A DNA stretch of 64,000 bases from Candidatus Poribacteria bacterium (GTDB lineage: Bacteria > Poribacteria > WGA-4E > JAJDTR01). The stretch is from positions 2,336,001-2,400,000 of the forward strand of contig CBDCTK010000002.1 in NCBI GenBank assembly GCA_965222225.1. The letters are read 5' to 3'. Shown here piece by piece: positions 62,416 through 64,000 of the stretch. A program made the position numbers and the translations under genes. Below the pieces are notes generated by a model that was not told where the DNA came from, searched no databases, and was given only the letters and a program-made list of their open reading frames with translations. Position 1 is the stretch's first letter. Every line of letters starts with the position of its first letter.

Positions 62416-63150
62416 ATGACAGATGAGGAAAAATTTACCGTCGATCTTCAGGGGTACCTGGTGATAAAGGACGTGTTGACCGACGATGAAGTGAATGAGA
62501 TGAACGCCATCATTGATAAAGGAAACCTTGAAGGACCGCCAAGCCTTTGGGGATCGCCGTTTAAGCGGCTTATCGACCACCCCAAAATCCTCCCCTATCT
62601 TATCGAGCTTTTGGGTCCCTATGTTCGTCTCGACCATGATTACGCCCTGTTTATGAACGAGGGAGACAGGCGCGGCGGATTGCACGGCGGCGAGGATGGC
62701 GGGCGTCCCGGCGGTCCCGAAGGCGACCATTGGTACAGGTACAGGGATGGCGTGATGCGAAACGGTCTATGTGTGATGACATACAACTTAACCGATGCGC
62801 CCGAAGGCGCGGGCGGGTTCGCCTGCATTCCCGGGAGTCACAAGAGCAATTTCCCGACCCATGTGCCGCAGGAGGTTCGACGGTTCGAGCGGCCGGCGCA
62901 CTATGTCGTCCAACCCGCGCTTGACGCGGGTGATGTCCTGTTTTTCACCGAAGCCGTCATTCACGGAACCATGCCGTGGCAGGCGGAACACCAGCGCCGT
63001 TCCGTACTCTACAAATACAGCCCCGGGCATTCGGCGTGGTCGGGAGGTTATTACGACATCGGCAAATACGGCGAGTTGACCGAGCAACAGAAACGGATGC
63101 TCCTGCCGCCATCAATCGGCAGCCGTCCCCGCGTCGTGGATGAGAGCTGA
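62416..63150 (+). CDS. Phytanoyl-CoA dioxygenase (PhyH) family protein
   Basis: LHGG, GGFACIPGSHK, AGDVLFFTEAVIHG; AAGGAG RBS. Confidence 0.88.
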   Translation: MTDEEKFTVDLQGYLVIKDVLTDDEVNEMNAIIDKGNLEGPPSLWGSPFKRLIDHPKILPYLIELLGPYVRLDHDYALFMNEGDRRGGLHGGEDGGRPGGPEGDHWYRYRDGVMRNGLCVMTYNLTDAPEGAGGFACIPGSHKSNFPTHVPQEVRRFERPAHYVVQPALDAGDVLFFTEAVIHGTMPWQAEHQRRSVLYKYSPGHSAWSGGYYDIGKYGELTEQQKRMLLPPSIGSRPRVVDES

Positions 63151-63153
63151 GTT

Positions 63154-63393
63154 GTAGGGTGCGATCAACCGAGTGAACAACGATCAAGCGACTGAATAAG
63201 GAGCGCGATAGAAATCCCGTGCGATAGAGTTCCCCTTGCCCCGCCGCCTTTGCGCGGAGACAAGGCTGCTTATTCCGCTCCACACGAGTTCCTTTACTCG
63301 ATCCACGTAATCAATGCACTTGAATTTTAGAGAAATGGTATAAATCTTGATAGAGGTCCTAGGGCGATAGAAAATCCCGTGTGATAGAGATTC
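63154..63393 (+). repeat. REP head plus GA-hairpin chain and tails
   Basis: Partial copy at 63163, full copy at 63182, tails at 63349-63393. Confidence 0.85.
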
Positions 63394-63639
63394 TCTCCCG
63401 GTCGTAACCTCTTCTAGCGAGTTGTAGGATGGACTCTACCCGCCGTTCCCATCCAGCCGCATTCCGAGTAAACGAAGGTTTGTAGTAGCGCAATTCATTG
63501 CGCGTTCAGATTCTGGTTACGCACCTGCCATTTTCTCAACATAACTAAAAGTTCAACAAAGAACTTCAACTTCGTAAAGCCTTCTTGTAGGTTTGAAGGA
63601 TGCACTACGTAGATTAGAATTGGGGTTTTACACGCCGGT

Positions 63640-64000
63640 TTACTTTTTCTGAGTCGGCTTCCCCGTAAAGCCGTCCTTTTCAATGATAGCCATGCGTGCC
63701 ATCCGCCACTCTATGCTTTCAGGACCAGCGTCAGACCATTCCCCGGAATGCTCGATCAAAACAAAATCTTCGTCTCCCCAATCGTTATCCTTTGGCTCAT
63801 AAGGAGCCCAGTTCGTGAAGGTCACCGGCTCACCGCTTGCCCAAACCCATTCCCCCTCGTTCGCATAATCGGTTAGCCCAATCCAACAATGTTGAGGTTT
63901 GAGAGTCTTCAACAACCACTCTTGTTCAGCCGCATCGGTGATTGAGACCAGATACGCATCTTCGGCGACAGCTTGGGTGTTTGCATCATCCCAACTCTCG
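63640..64000 (-). CDS. C-type lectin domain protein (3' part; 5' end outside the window)
   Basis: SWDDA...YLVSITDAAEQEWL...WIGLTD...EGEWVWASGEPVTFTNW...EP; frame stays open to the window edge. Confidence 0.88.
   Translation of the reverse strand, partial: ESWDDANTQAVAEDAYLVSITDAAEQEWLLKTLKPQHCWIGLTDYANEGEWVWASGEPVTFTNWAPYEPKDNDWGDEDFVLIEHSGEWSDAGPESIEWRMARMAIIEKDGFTGKPTQKK

Noticed and set aside
2080-63211. GATC in the element as the phosphorothioate target of the local system
   Set aside because: GATC is a known Dnd-type PT motif, but this locus is Ssp-like and nothing in the sequence links the two.
1-64000. tRNA or rRNA genes, RAYT or reverse transcriptase genes
   Set aside because: None were recognisable by eye; any enzyme acting on the repeats is probably encoded outside this window.

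Overview
A gene-dense bacterial window, mostly on the + strand. Its content suggests Candidatus Poribacteria or a similar sponge-associated lineage (inference): five tandem TolB-like beta-propellers with a shared C-terminal VSPxGKxxxxWGxIK tail, three PhyH dioxygenases, an internalin-like LRR protein, a C-type lectin and many sugar-acid catabolic enzymes. Other content includes an anti-sigma/STAS/PP2C module and a dispersed Ssp-type phosphorothioation locus (DUF4007, large ATPase, PAPS reductase). That locus is followed by a GIY-YIG plus DGQHR pair where SspE would be expected. There is also a complete IS1595 with TIRs and an 8-bp TSD, a 306-bp MITE splitting a gene, an XRE-ImmA/MazF/ADP-ribosylglycohydrolase operon, and several broken genes. 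The most striking signal is non-coding: a dispersed 30-nt element, GATCAA-nn-GA-nn-GRWYA-nn-GA-nn-GCGATAG. I aligned 26 full + strand copies by eye, plus many partial and some reverse copies. The eight variable positions covary almost perfectly into two 2-bp helices around tandem G-A pairs. The element sits inside GTAG-type REP hairpins, forms chains, and supplies the stop codon of four genes. All family calls come from motifs read by eye; no database searches were run.
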